Below are positions 37,125-48,524 of a stretch of 64,000 nucleotides of DNA, one piece after another. The stretch comes from an uncultured Gemmatimonadales bacterium (GTDB lineage: Bacteria > Gemmatimonadota > Gemmatimonadetes > Gemmatimonadales > GWC2-71-9), in contig CAWHFW010000002.1 of assembly GCA_963828735.1 (NCBI GenBank), positions 416,001 to 480,000 on the forward strand, read 5' to 3'. Below the pieces are notes generated by a model, which worked only from the letters and a program-made list of their open reading frames with translations, had not been told where the DNA came from and searched no databases. The first letter of the stretch is position 1; each line of letters begins with the position of its first letter. Both the position numbers and the translations under genes were made by a program.

Positions 37125-37958
37125 TCAGCGGCCAAGCGTGAGTTTCCCTCCCCCACCGCGATACGACGGCCCTGCGAACCGAGTGGGCGATGCCCTGAGC
37201 GCCTTCGCGAACGCATCTTTGCCATCCACCTTGAGGGAGCCCACCATCGCCTGCGAATATGCGGGGTCGAGCGCGATCGCTCCACTCGCCACGCTGGTCT
37301 TGAGGCCGGCGGTAGACCAGGACGTGATCACGGGTTCCCGTACGGGGGCGCGCTCTCCGGCCAGGCGACCATCCCAGATGATCGTCGTCTTCCGCAGCTT
37401 CACCTGAAAGCGGTCGTCCGAGCTTGGGACGCCGTTCTCGTCTTCTACCGGCACTTTGCCGACGGTCAGCCGCGCCTCGTGCATCTCCTGCCCCGCCAGG
37501 CGCGCCGTGCGGACGAGCCGATCGCTGTTGGTGAAGAACTCGAGCGCCACGTCCTGCGCGACGCCGGACGGCCCACTGGCGAGCACGGTCCAGAAGGCGA
37601 TCATCTGCGGATGCTTGCCGCTCTTGTCGGCCAGCAGATAGTCCTTGGTCCGGATGCTGTCGACGGTGGTGAAGCAGAGCCGGGATGGGCTCCACCCGGC
37701 GAACTCCGGCTGGCCCTCGACGACGCCTCGAAGGGAGACGTGTAGATCAGCGGCCGCGGAGGCGGGAATGGCGTGATACCCCGTCGGTAGCTGCTGCATG
37801 AGCTCCGAGGCCGGGTCGAGCAGCAGCTGCATGCAGAACGCCGCCCGCAGGCCGCTGAGCTCCCAGGTACTCGCCTCCGCCTCGGCCTCCTGGCCCCGCA
37901 ACGGGGTGGCGGCAACGAGCGTCGCCGCCGCCAGGCCCAGGATGAACGAAGGACGCAT
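37125..37958 (-). CDS. Hypothetical secreted protein
   Basis: Signal peptide MRPSFILGLAAATLVAATPLRG; good codon bias; GGAG-like RBS. Confidence 0.7.
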   Translation of the reverse strand: MRPSFILGLAAATLVAATPLRGQEAEAEASTWELSGLRAAFCMQLLLDPASELMQQLPTGYHAIPASAAADLHVSLRGVVEGQPEFAGWSPSRLCFTTVDSIRTKDYLLADKSGKHPQMIAFWTVLASGPSGVAQDVALEFFTNSDRLVRTARLAGQEMHEARLTVGKVPVEDENGVPSSDDRFQVKLRKTTIIWDGRLAGERAPVREPVITSWSTAGLKTSVASGAIALDPAYSQAMVGSLKVDGKDAFAKALRASPTRFAGPSYRGGGGKLTLGR

Positions 37959-37990
37959 CGGCGGCTCCGCGAGACGGGTGGTGGTCGAGG

Positions 37991-38619
37991 TCAGCCGGCC
38001 CGTGAACGACGGACGGCGGCCCCCAGTTCGGAGTAGTGCTTCGGGTCCAGCGCGTTGAAGCGCAGGTTGCGGTAGGTCACCTTGCCATCCGGCCCGACCA
38101 CGTAGACGACCCGACGCAGGTACCCGGACCGATCGTTGGCCGCATACTTCCGGGCCACCTGCTGCTGCGGATCGCTCAGCAGCCGGAAGGGCAGGTTCAG
38201 GCTCGTCGCGAACCGCGTGTGGGTCGCCAGCGAATCGGTGCTGATGCCGACGACCACGACGTCGGGCCCGAACAGCGAGTCATACTGCTCGCCGAAGGTG
38301 CGCATCTCGGCGGTGCACCCGCTGGTGAAGTCGCGGGGATAGAAGGCAACGACGACCGTCTTGCCTCGATCCAGCGCCAGGTCGTACGGCTGATCCGCCG
38401 GGCCCACGCCGTCCTTGTTGGCCCAGGGAAGCCGGAAGGTCGGCGCCCGGTGCCCGACGTCGGGCCCCGACACCATGACCGCGGTCGGTGGGCCGGCCGC
38501 CGAATCCTTCGTGGGGGCCTGGGCCTGAAGGCCCGGGGCGGCGATCACACAAAGGACGACGGCGGCAGCGGCGATTGCACGAAGCGACATGGCAACGGTC
38601 TTTCCGAACGAAGGGTTGG

Positions 38620-38623
<4 letters not shown>
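37991..38623 (-). CDS. Exported peroxiredoxin (BCP/PrxQ-like, AhpC/TSA)
   Basis: FYPRDFTSGCTAE (PxxxTxxC), GISTDS..TH..F, LLSDP; N-terminal signal peptide. Confidence 0.85.
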
Positions 38624-39119
<496 letters not shown>

Positions 39120-39123
<4 letters not shown>

Positions 39124-39836
39124 AGGACGCCACCCATCTTCACGAGGTAGTACTCCGCCATGCCGACGAGCACGATGCCGCCCGCTCGTTTGACCCAGAG
39201 CGTCCATCGGCCCGGCCGGGGAAGCGCGGTCAGAATGCCGCTTGTCGCGCCCACCAGCACCAGAATCGCCGTCAGCCCGAGCGAAAACGCCAGGAGATAG
39301 AGCAGACCGAGCACGGCGCTGTGGGTGGCGGCCACGAAGGTCAGGACAGCGGCGAACGCCGGCGCGCCGCACGGCGCCGCGACCAGGCCGGAAGCGGCAC
39401 CCATGCCGAACGCGGCCGGCACGGATCCGCCGCGCAGGCCCTGCGCCCAGGCTGCCACCGCCTGCGGCACCGCCACCGGCACGATGTCCAGCATCGCGAG
39501 CCCGGCGAGCAGGAGCACGTTGGCCATCGCGAAATACGCCCACGGATTCGAGCTCACCGCCCCGAAGATGGTGCCGGTCAGTCCTGCCAGCAGCCCCAGC
39601 AGCGAGTAGACGAGCGCGAGGCCGGCCACGTACGCGCCGGTGAGCAGGGCCGTGCGTCCGCGCGATCGACCCGCCGCCCCAGCGCCCCCCAGGATCCCCG
39701 CCGTGATGGGAATCATCGGATAGATGCACGGCGTCAGGCTCGTCGCGACGCCCGCGCCGAAGAGCAGCGGCACCGCGACCAGCGGTCGTTCCCTCAGCGT
39801 GGCGTCGAGGCCGTCGAGCAACAGGAGTGAAAGCAC
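39120..39836 (-). CDS. CcdA/DsbD-beta transmembrane electron transporter
   Basis: SLTPCIYPMIP and VAAPCGAP cysteine motifs, multiple TM helices, LPRPGRW. Confidence 0.88.
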
Positions 39837-39837
39837 G

Positions 39838-41097
<1,260 letters not shown>

Positions 41098-41163
41098 GGC
41101 CGGAATATAACGCGGCCCGGACTCGTTCTTGCGCCCGGTTCCGGGTCAGGATGAGATTCGTGC

Positions 41164-42171
41164 ATGCCTTCGGCCACCTCGCCAGCCGTGCCGCGTGCCG
41201 CGATCACCGCCGTCGCCGGGTACGTGCCCGAGCGCCGCGTCACCAACGCAGAGCTCGCGACCCGGCTCGACACCTCGGATGACTGGATCGTCACGCGAAC
41301 CGGCATCCGGGAGCGCCGCATCGGTGCGCCCGGGGAGACCACGTCCACCATGAGCGCCCAGGCGGTGCGCCGCCTCATGGAGCAGCGGGGTCTGGGCGCC
41401 GAGGACATCGGGGCATTGATCGTCGCGACCGTCACGCCCGACATGGTCTTCCCGGCCACTGCCTGTCTGATCCAGGACCAGGTGGGCCTGGTGAACACCT
41501 GGGGCTTCGACCTCTCGGCCGCGTGCTCCGGCTTTCTGTACGCGCTCACGACGGGCGCCCAGTTCGTGGCCGCAGGCACGTACCGGCGCGTCGTTGTCGT
41601 CGGGGCCGATCTGATGAGCGCGATCATCGATCCCCTCGACCGAACGACCGCCGTCCTGTTCGGCGATGGCGCGGGCGCCGTGCTCCTCGAGCCAGCCGAG
41701 CCAGGGTATGGCCTTCTCGATTTCTACCATCGGGTGGACGGAAGCGGCCGCGATGACCTGCTTATGCCGGCCGGCGGCAGCGCGCGCCCGGCGACCGTCG
41801 AGACGGTCGAGGCGCGGGAGCACTACCTTCGGCAGAACGGCAAGACGGTCTTCAAGTTCGCGGTGTCCCAGATGGCCGAATGCATCACCGTCCTCCTCAA
41901 GCGCCACCAGCTCACCCCCGACGACATCGCGATGGTCATCCCGCACCAGGCGAATCAGCGCATCCTCGACGCCACCGCCGAGCGGCTCGGGCTTCCCGAG
42001 GGACGCATGGCGACGGTGATCGCCCGCTACGGCAACACGACCGCGGCGACGCTGCCGCTCGCCCTGGACGACGTGGTGCGCGATGGGCGGGTCAAACGGG
42101 GAGACCTGGTGATCTTCGTGGCCGTGGGGGCGGGCTTCACCGTTGGGGCGACCCTGCTGCGCTGGCAATAG
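41164..42171 (+). CDS. fabH: Beta-ketoacyl-ACP synthase III
   Basis: DWIVTRTGIRERR, AACSGF, LFGDGAGA, PHQAN.RI, GNT.AA. Confidence 0.93.
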   Translation: MPSATSPAVPRAAITAVAGYVPERRVTNAELATRLDTSDDWIVTRTGIRERRIGAPGETTSTMSAQAVRRLMEQRGLGAEDIGALIVATVTPDMVFPATACLIQDQVGLVNTWGFDLSAACSGFLYALTTGAQFVAAGTYRRVVVVGADLMSAIIDPLDRTTAVLFGDGAGAVLLEPAEPGYGLLDFYHRVDGSGRDDLLMPAGGSARPATVETVEAREHYLRQNGKTVFKFAVSQMAECITVLLKRHQLTPDDIAMVIPHQANQRILDATAERLGLPEGRMATVIARYGNTTAATLPLALDDVVRDGRVKRGDLVIFVAVGAGFTVGATLLRWQ

Positions 42172-42228
42172 TCGACGCCGTGGCGGGGCAGCCCGTATCC
42201 CGCGCGCGGAACCACGGCCCGCACACTC

Positions 42229-43104
42229 CTACGCCCGCGAGAACACCGCCCCGTCGATGGCCGCGAGATCGTCCTCCGGCAACTCCAGCTCCGCGGCTCC
42301 GACGCTATCGAGCGCGTGCTCGACCTTGCGCGCGCTGGGAATGACGATGACGGTCGGGGACTGGGCCAGCACCCATGCGAGAACGACCGCGTGGGCCGAC
42401 ACGCCGAGCCGGCCGGCGATCCCCGCGACCACCGGATGGCTCGGCAGCCTGAGGTTGAGCCGGCCGCCGCCGGTCGGGCTGTACGCGAGGAAGCCGATCC
42501 CCTGCTCCGCGCAGTACTGGACGACACCGCTGGTCAGCGACTCACGGAAGAACGGGTTGAGCCGATTCTGTACCGAGGTGATGGGCACGATGGCCTGTGC
42601 CTCCCGGATCTGCGCGACGCTCACGTTCGACAGGCCAACCCACCTGATCTTGCCCTCCTCTCGCAGCCTGGCGAGCTCGCCGACGCTGGCCGCGGCCGGC
42701 ACTTTCGGATCCGGCGCGTGCAGCTGGTAGAGCGCCAGGCAGTCCACCTCGAGGGCGCGCAGCGATCGCTCGCAGGCGGCGCGAAGCTGCGCGGGACTGG
42801 CATCGCTCTCCCAGCGCCCTTCCGGTCGCACGACGCCGCCCTTCGTGGCGACCGTCACGGTGGCCGCGTCGCCCCCCCATGATGCGAGCGCCCGGGCGAT
42901 GAGCCGCTCGTTGTGACCGATGTCGCGCTCATCGAGACAGTAGACGTCGGCCGTGTCGATCAGCGTGACGCCGGCGTCGAGCGCGGCATGGAGCACGCGA
43001 ATGCCCTGGGCCTCGGGCGGCCGGCCGTCGATTGAGAGATGCATGCCGCCGTAGCCTACCGACGAGACGGTCGGCGCGGCGGGCCCGAGCGGCCGCTGTC
43101 TCAC
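42229..43104 (-). CDS. Aldo/keto reductase
   Basis: IDTADVY, VATKGG, LYQLH, GKIRWVGLSN, AYSP. Confidence 0.92.
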   Translation of the reverse strand: MRQRPLGPAAPTVSSVGYGGMHLSIDGRPPEAQGIRVLHAALDAGVTLIDTADVYCLDERDIGHNERLIARALASWGGDAATVTVATKGGVVRPEGRWESDASPAQLRAACERSLRALEVDCLALYQLHAPDPKVPAAASVGELARLREEGKIRWVGLSNVSVAQIREAQAIVPITSVQNRLNPFFRESLTSGVVQYCAEQGIGFLAYSPTGGGRLNLRLPSHPVVAGIAGRLGVSAHAVVLAWVLAQSPTVIVIPSARKVEHALDSVGAAELELPEDDLAAIDGAVFSRA

Positions 43105-43325
43105 GCCGTGCTCGGCGCCCGGCGGAGAAGGGTCAGCAGCTCGATCCCCGCGGCGTGCAGGTCGCGGGCGAGCGGACCAAAGCTGTCACGGGTGGCAGGA
43201 TACTGGTGGGCCAGCACGGCGAGCGGGGACGCTGCGCCGGGCCGGCCTCCGGTGCGAGAGGTCAGGGTGACCTCGAGAATCACGCCGTCCGCCGCCGGGA
43301 CGGACAGCGCGAGCGGCGCAGGCAC
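43101..43325 (-). pseudogene. Probable truncated alpha/beta-hydrolase N-terminal fragment (or small protein)
   Basis: ADGVILEVTL...AVLAHQY..TRDSFGPLARDLHAAGIELL resembles the first strands and oxyanion-hole region of alpha/beta hydrolases, but the ORF ends at 74 aa. Confidence 0.45.
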
Positions 43326-43594
43326 TACGCCAACCCGAGCTGCCTCGTGAGGCGACGCCAGTCCTCGGCGGACACCACGCCTTCCTGGAGCAGCGGGGTC
43401 AGCGTGGCGAGGATCTCGGCACGGGTGCCGTCGATCCGGCGATCGCGCAGCTCGGTCACCATCCGCGAGAAGCGGTGCTCGTACTCGTCGGGCTTGATGC
43501 TGTCACTCGCCCGCATGCTGCTGAGCTTGCGCAGCTCCTCCGCGACGCGCGCCGGCGTCACCGGCTTGAGATTGCTACCCTGCTGGTCGGCCAT
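43325..43594 (-). CDS. Small hypothetical protein, SHOCT-like helical motif
   Basis: RBS GAGAGG; AEELRKLSSMR...I..DEYE pattern. Confidence 0.65.
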   Translation of the reverse strand: MADQQGSNLKPVTPARVAEELRKLSSMRASDSIKPDEYEHRFSRMVTELRDRRIDGTRAEILATLTPLLQEGVVSAEDWRRLTRQLGLA

Positions 43595-43645
43595 GTCGTA
43601 CCTCTCGCCTTTCGGTAAGAAAGAAGACCCGCCCGTGCTGCTGCA

Positions 43646-44233
43646 TTATGTCCCCCGCCGCCGCGCCGCGTCCAGGGTCGTGGTCGGATCGGCACCGCTC
43701 CAGGTGACGTCCGCCGTCGGGCCGTACGTCGGTGGGACGCGGTCTTCGAGCAGGCGCAGCGCGAGCCCGACCTGCGCACGGTGATGGGCCGTGTGGAGAA
43801 TCCGGCGCCATACCACCCAGATGCGCTGGCGGCGCACGTCGAAGAACGGCACCTCGGCGAGCCAGAACGCCTCGTCGCCGGCGGCAAGAGCCGCGAGGCG
43901 AGGACGCGCCAATGCCACCAGCCGGTCGATGTAGGCCTGGACGCCCGGCGCGGCCCCAGGCGGCAACAGCGCCTCCACGGCCGGCTCTTCCAGCGCGACG
44001 AACTCCGCGAAGAACCGCCGCTCGCTCAGTACCTGGTGGATGAGGATCTGACGGACCGAACTGCTCCGGGGGTGCGCCCGGAATTCGAGCTGGTCGTCCC
44101 GGAGCTCGCTCCAGACACCGGCGGTCTTGTTGGTCTCGGAGGCGTACGTATCGACGAGGTGCTGCAGGAGCGGTACCCTGGCTGAGGGAATCGCGTCGGC
44201 GGGGATGAACTCATGGTCGTAATGCATCGGCAT
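43646..44233 (-). CDS. DinB family protein
   Basis: SVRQILIHQ; HTAHHRAQV...LRL; PPTYG. Confidence 0.85.
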   Translation of the reverse strand: MPMHYDHEFIPADAIPSARVPLLQHLVDTYASETNKTAGVWSELRDDQLEFRAHPRSSSVRQILIHQVLSERRFFAEFVALEEPAVEALLPPGAAPGVQAYIDRLVALARPRLAALAAGDEAFWLAEVPFFDVRRQRIWVVWRRILHTAHHRAQVGLALRLLEDRVPPTYGPTADVTWSGADPTTTLDAARRRGT

Positions 44234-44327
44234 GGCTGGCCTCGCCGGGCATTCGGGCAAATGCAGGACCCGGAGTATATCCCCTCTCGAGGGACGGAGT
44301 CACCCCGGTCCATGATCCACGCACACC

Positions 44328-44357
44328 GAAGGGGGCATGCCACGGCATGCCCCCTTC
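44328..44357. terminator. Perfect hairpin downstream of glnK
   Basis: GAAGGGGGCATGCC-AC-GGCATGCCCCCTTC inverted repeat. Confidence 0.65.
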
Positions 44358-44405
44358 TTGTCCTTCGATGACGCGGCCGATGAGGCGGCGTGTGGCGCCT
44401 GCCGC

Positions 44406-44768
44406 CTAAGTGCCTACGAGGGCCGTAGGCGTCACCGCCTGCTCGTCCCGTTCCCCGGTGCGAATGCGGTGCACCTGATTCACGTCGAGGACGAATACCT
44501 TGCCATCACCCACTTCTCCGGTCCTGGCGGAAGCGAGAATGGCCTTCACGGTCACGTTCACGAACGGCTCGGAGACGCCGATCTCGAGCCGTACCTTCTC
44601 CTGCAGCTCCATCTTTACGGTGGTGCCCCGGTAGGTCTCCACCCGGTCGGTCTCGCCGCCGTGTCCGAGCACCCGCGAGACGGTCAAACCGGTCACTTCG
44701 GCGCGATACAACGCCTCGAGCACCTCGTTGAGGCGGTCAGGCCGGATGATGGCAACGATGAGCTTCAT
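44406..44768 (-). CDS. glnK: P-II nitrogen regulatory protein
   Basis: MKLIVAIIRP, ETYRG T-loop, TGEVGDGKVFV, RIRTGE; downstream of amt. Confidence 0.93.
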   Translation of the reverse strand: MKLIVAIIRPDRLNEVLEALYRAEVTGLTVSRVLGHGGETDRVETYRGTTVKMELQEKVRLEIGVSEPFVNVTVKAILASARTGEVGDGKVFVLDVNQVHRIRTGERDEQAVTPTALVGT

Positions 44769-44785
44769 GTCGATGTCCTCCGGCC

Positions 44786-46120
44786 TCAACGGGCCGCGGG
44801 CTGCGGAGTGAGGGCGCGTGCGGGCTGGCCGACGGGGCCGACCTCGGGCATGACGAGGATCGAGCCCTCCCCGTTGGTATAGGCTTCTTCGCCGTGCTGG
44901 GTGACATCGAGTCCCAGTCCTTCGGAGCGCGGCGCCGCGCGGAGCACGGTGACCAGGCCCATGAGCTTGAGAATCACGAAGGTTGCGACGGCGGCGTAAA
45001 CGAAGGAGCTCGCCACGCCGAGCGCCTGTGTGGCCAACTGTCCCGCGTTCCCCGCCAGCAATCCATCGTTCCCCGCAGGATTCCAGACCTTGGACGCGAA
45101 CACGCCCGTCAACAGCGCGCCCGTGATGCCACCGATGCCGTGGCCCGCGAAGACGTCCAGAGAATCGTCGAGCCGGGTCCGCGAACGAGCCACGATGGTG
45201 AAGTAGCTCGGAAACGCGGCGATCGCGCCGAGCAGGAGGGCGCTCGTGGGACTGATGAAGCCGGCCGCGGGGGTAATGGCCACAAGGCCGATCACGATGC
45301 CCGTCGCACCGCCGACGGCGGTCGCGCGTCCGGTGCGGAAGTAATCGAGCAGTACCCAGACCACCAGCGTGGCCATCGGAGCGAGGAACGTATTGGTGAA
45401 CGCCAGGGCCGCGAGCTCGTTGGCCGCGAGCGCGCTCCCGCCGTTGAACCCGAACCAGCCGAACCAGAGCAGGCCGGCACCGAGGAGAACGAACGGCACG
45501 TTGTGCGGAAGGATCGCCTGCCGGCTGTAATCCTTGCGCTCGCCCAGGACGAGAGCGGCCACCAGCGCCGACACGCCGGCGTTGATGTGCACGACGGTCC
45601 CCCCGGCAAAGTCGAGCACGCCCCTGCTCATGAGCCAGCCGCCGCCCCAGACCCAGTGGGCAACCGGCGCGTACACGAAGAGCGTCCAGAGAGCGATGAA
45701 CACGAGGTAGGGGCCGAACCGCATCCGCTCGACCACCGCGCCCGAGATGAGCGCGGCCGTGATGATGGCGAAGGTGCCTTGATAGGCCATGAACAGCACG
45801 TGCGGAATCGTCCCCTTGGCCTCGGTTCCGACCCCCGCGAGCATCCCATTGGTCAGGCTGCCGATCCAGGCGCCGCCCTCGGCGAATGCGAGGCTGTAGG
45901 CGACGAGCGCCCACACGATGCCGACGACGCCGAGCGCGGCGAAGCTCATCATCATCGTATTGAGCGAATTCTTCGACCGCACCAACCCGCCGTAGAAGAA
46001 CGCCAGGGCCGGCGTCATGAGGAGCACGAGAGCGGTGGACACGAGCATCCAGGCCGTGTCGGCGGGAACGATGGCGGGCGCGGCATCCTGAAGTGCCAGC
46101 AGCAAGGGGAGTCGGGTCAC
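44786..46120 (-). CDS. amtB: Ammonium transporter
   Basis: DTAWML..ALVLLMTP.LAFFYGG, AHWVWGGG, DFAGGTVVH, LWFGWFGFNGGS, DDSLDVF.GHG. Confidence 0.96.
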   Translation of the reverse strand: MTRLPLLLALQDAAPAIVPADTAWMLVSTALVLLMTPALAFFYGGLVRSKNSLNTMMMSFAALGVVGIVWALVAYSLAFAEGGAWIGSLTNGMLAGVGTEAKGTIPHVLFMAYQGTFAIITAALISGAVVERMRFGPYLVFIALWTLFVYAPVAHWVWGGGWLMSRGVLDFAGGTVVHINAGVSALVAALVLGERKDYSRQAILPHNVPFVLLGAGLLWFGWFGFNGGSALAANELAALAFTNTFLAPMATLVVWVLLDYFRTGRATAVGGATGIVIGLVAITPAAGFISPTSALLLGAIAAFPSYFTIVARSRTRLDDSLDVFAGHGIGGITGALLTGVFASKVWNPAGNDGLLAGNAGQLATQALGVASSFVYAAVATFVILKLMGLVTVLRAAPRSEGLGLDVTQHGEEAYTNGEGSILVMPEVGPVGQPARALTPQPAAR

Positions 46121-46177
46121 CTGGCAGTCCCGGCGTTGGGGGTTCGTGGCGGTGCCCGGGTGGCACCGTTGATCACC

Positions 46178-46206
46178 AGTCTATTGGCGGGAGCTTTTCG
46201 GCGCAA
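46178..46206 (-). promoter_or_regulatory. Putative sigma70 promoter of amtB-glnK
   Basis: Minus strand TTGCGC-N17-TAGACT. Confidence 0.55.
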
Positions 46207-46724
46207 GGTGTTGACTGGCAAAACGTGCATTTTTGGCACAATTAGGTGATCACTGGCTGATTTTCTTCCCCCCATATCGCCGACATGATGCCATTTTTCT
46301 GCAGGATTTGCGCGGTGTGCTGGCCGATTGCTCAACTGGTCTGGTGCCCCCAAGTCACGGTCGCAGGAGACCTTCGAGCATGGCAGCTGGGGCGCCGCGG
46401 CCCGACAGAGCGGGACACGGCTGGTTAACTCGATCCAACCTTCTCGGTCGAGCGCGAGTGCCCCGGCAGGCTACACAACAATGTGGTCAAGACGTGCGAC
46501 TCGGGCACTCCTGCCGGAGCACCATCAGGCAGAGCGACAACGCGGCGGGCCGCCGCCGGGCAGCCATCGGGACCGGCCGATGTCAGCGCGACGGCAGTAA
46601 GGATTGGATCGCGCACGCACTTGGGATTTGGACTGTGAGAGGGCCGACCATCCGGCGAGAGCAGGCAGACCTGTGAGACGCAAGCGAGAGGGCTATCCGA
46701 TTCGTTTGAGCTCGCGCGGCGAGA

Positions 46725-47630
46725 TCACGGCCCTCCGCGGACGCGAACCGCTGTCCCCCAGGGATCGCGGGCCGTCCCTTCCCCATCGCTCGACTCGACG
46801 ATGGCACCGGTGCCTGCGATGCTTGCGAGCGCCGCGGTTGCCTGTTCCGCGGACGGGAGCAGGATCTCCCATTCGAGCAACCGCGCATCGTCGGGCCCGG
46901 CCGGCGGCGCGCCGGCCGCCCACGTGTTGGTACCGAGGTGATGGTGGTATCCGCCGGCAGACATGAAAAGCGCGCCGGGGTAGCTCCACACCATCTTGTC
47001 GAGGCCCAGACCGACATGATAGAACCGCTCGGCGCGTCCGAGGTCGTCCACGAAGAGGTGGACGTGACCGATCACCGTGCCCGGCGGGAGGCCGGACCAT
47101 CGTTCGTCGCCGGCCACCCGGAGCAGGTCGTTCACATCGAGCGGATCGGTCGCCATGACGAGTTGGCGCCCATCCTGCCGCCAGAGGCTTCTCGGACGAT
47201 CCGCATAGACTTCGATCCCGAGGCCGTCGGGATCGGAGAGGTAGATCGCCTCGCTCACCAGGTGATCGGACATGCCGGCCCGCTCGCCGATCTCCGCCAG
47301 ATGCCGCACGAAGCGCGCGAGCGAAACGCGGTCGGGCAGCAGGATGGCGTAGTGGTAGAGGCCCAGCCGGCCGCGCCGAGGGACCGGATGCGCACCCGGG
47401 CGCTCATGCAGCTCGATGAAGGTTGGCCCCTCGCCCTGTGCTCCCAAGGCGGCGACGTTCGGCCGGTGGTCGCGTACGCGAAGGCCGAGCACCCGATGAT
47501 ACCAGTCGAGCGAGCGCGCCACGTCGGCCACCTGGAGGCGCACCGTCCCAAGCCGAAGACCGGCGGGGAGCCGGTAGCCCGGCGCTGCGATGCCGTAGGG
47601 CCCGGATACCGCGGATCCCGCGTCGCTCAT
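46725..47630 (-). CDS. VOC family two-domain protein, CatE-like catechol dioxygenase/glyoxalase
   Basis: GLYHYAILLP, DHLVSEAIYLSDPDGLGIEVYADRP, IGHVHL, GGYHHHLGTNTW. Confidence 0.9.
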   Translation of the reverse strand: MSDAGSAVSGPYGIAAPGYRLPAGLRLGTVRLQVADVARSLDWYHRVLGLRVRDHRPNVAALGAQGEGPTFIELHERPGAHPVPRRGRLGLYHYAILLPDRVSLARFVRHLAEIGERAGMSDHLVSEAIYLSDPDGLGIEVYADRPRSLWRQDGRQLVMATDPLDVNDLLRVAGDERWSGLPPGTVIGHVHLFVDDLGRAERFYHVGLGLDKMVWSYPGALFMSAGGYHHHLGTNTWAAGAPPAGPDDARLLEWEILLPSAEQATAALASIAGTGAIVESSDGEGTARDPWGTAVRVRGGP

Positions 47631-47812
47631 CGGGTAGCACCCCGTGGTGAAGCCATCTCGGTACTCATCCTGCCGATGATAGGTGGAGTCGGCCCTGCTG
47701 CCAAGGAGCCGCTGGAGCTGCGGGGTCACCCGTCGACTCCAGCGCCCCCTGTGACCCGACGCACCGCCCTCGGGATCATGACGGCCTAGGCTTGCCCTCA
47801 GGAGGGCATGGC

Positions 47813-48343
47813 ATGGTCGACCTGATTCCGGGACTCAATACTGGCGCGGCGAGCGCCGGCCTGCTGCTGGGCCGATTGGTCGTCGGCCTTGGGATGGCGG
47901 CGCACGGCGCGCAGAAGCTCTTCGGGTGGTTCGGTGGCCACGGACTGCCGGGCACAGCGGGCTATTTCGAATCGCTCGGGTTCCGGCCGGGGAAGGCCTT
48001 CGCCGTCCTGGTGGGACTCTCGGAGCTTACCAGCGGTATCCTGGTCGCTTCGGGCCTCCTCAGCCCAGTCGGTCCGGCGCTCATGCTGGCGGTGATGATC
48101 GTCGCCATGACCCAGACCTGGCAAAACGGTTTCTTCGCGCTTCGCAACGGCATCGAGGTGCCGCTGCTTTACGCATCGGCCGCCGTTGCCCTGTCGATCA
48201 TCGGCCCCGGACGATACTCGGTGGATGCGGCTGTCGGCCTGGTGGGCTGGTCGAGCCTAACGGTGGATGGGATTGCGTTGGTCGCGGCGGTGCTCGGGGC
48301 GATCGCATCACTGGCTCTGCGGCGGCCGGTTCCGGCGCACTGA
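47813..48343 (+). CDS. DoxX family membrane protein (CatD-like)
   Basis: RLVVGLGMAAHGAQKLFGWFGG; GIEVPL; GPGRYSVD; RBS AGGAGG. Confidence 0.9.
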   Translation: MVDLIPGLNTGAASAGLLLGRLVVGLGMAAHGAQKLFGWFGGHGLPGTAGYFESLGFRPGKAFAVLVGLSELTSGILVASGLLSPVGPALMLAVMIVAMTQTWQNGFFALRNGIEVPLLYASAAVALSIIGPGRYSVDAAVGLVGWSSLTVDGIALVAAVLGAIASLALRRPVPAH

Positions 48344-48378
48344 GCTCGGCCCGACGGCACACACCTCCCACAGACGCC

Positions 48379-48411
48379 TCGGGGGCGCCGGCTCAACGCC
48401 AGCGCCCCCGA
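48379..48411. terminator. Hairpin between convergent doxX and nrdJ
   Basis: TCGGGGGCGCCGGC-TCAAC-GCCAGCGCCCCCGA. Confidence 0.5.
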
Positions 48412-48524
48412 ACTGCTCCCCAGTCAGCGGGTGGACCGTGGCGCCACCGAAGCGGAGGTGCTCGTCCCGGCCACGACCGAGCGCGAGCGGCCTGCGACCT
48501 CAACAGCGCGCACGGATGGCTCCG

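Noticed and set aside
46277..46293. Sigma54 promoter for amtB (minus strand TGGCATCATGTCGGC)
   Set aside because: GG-N10-GC spacing fits but the -12 element is poor, and a better sigma70-type promoter lies closer to the gene.
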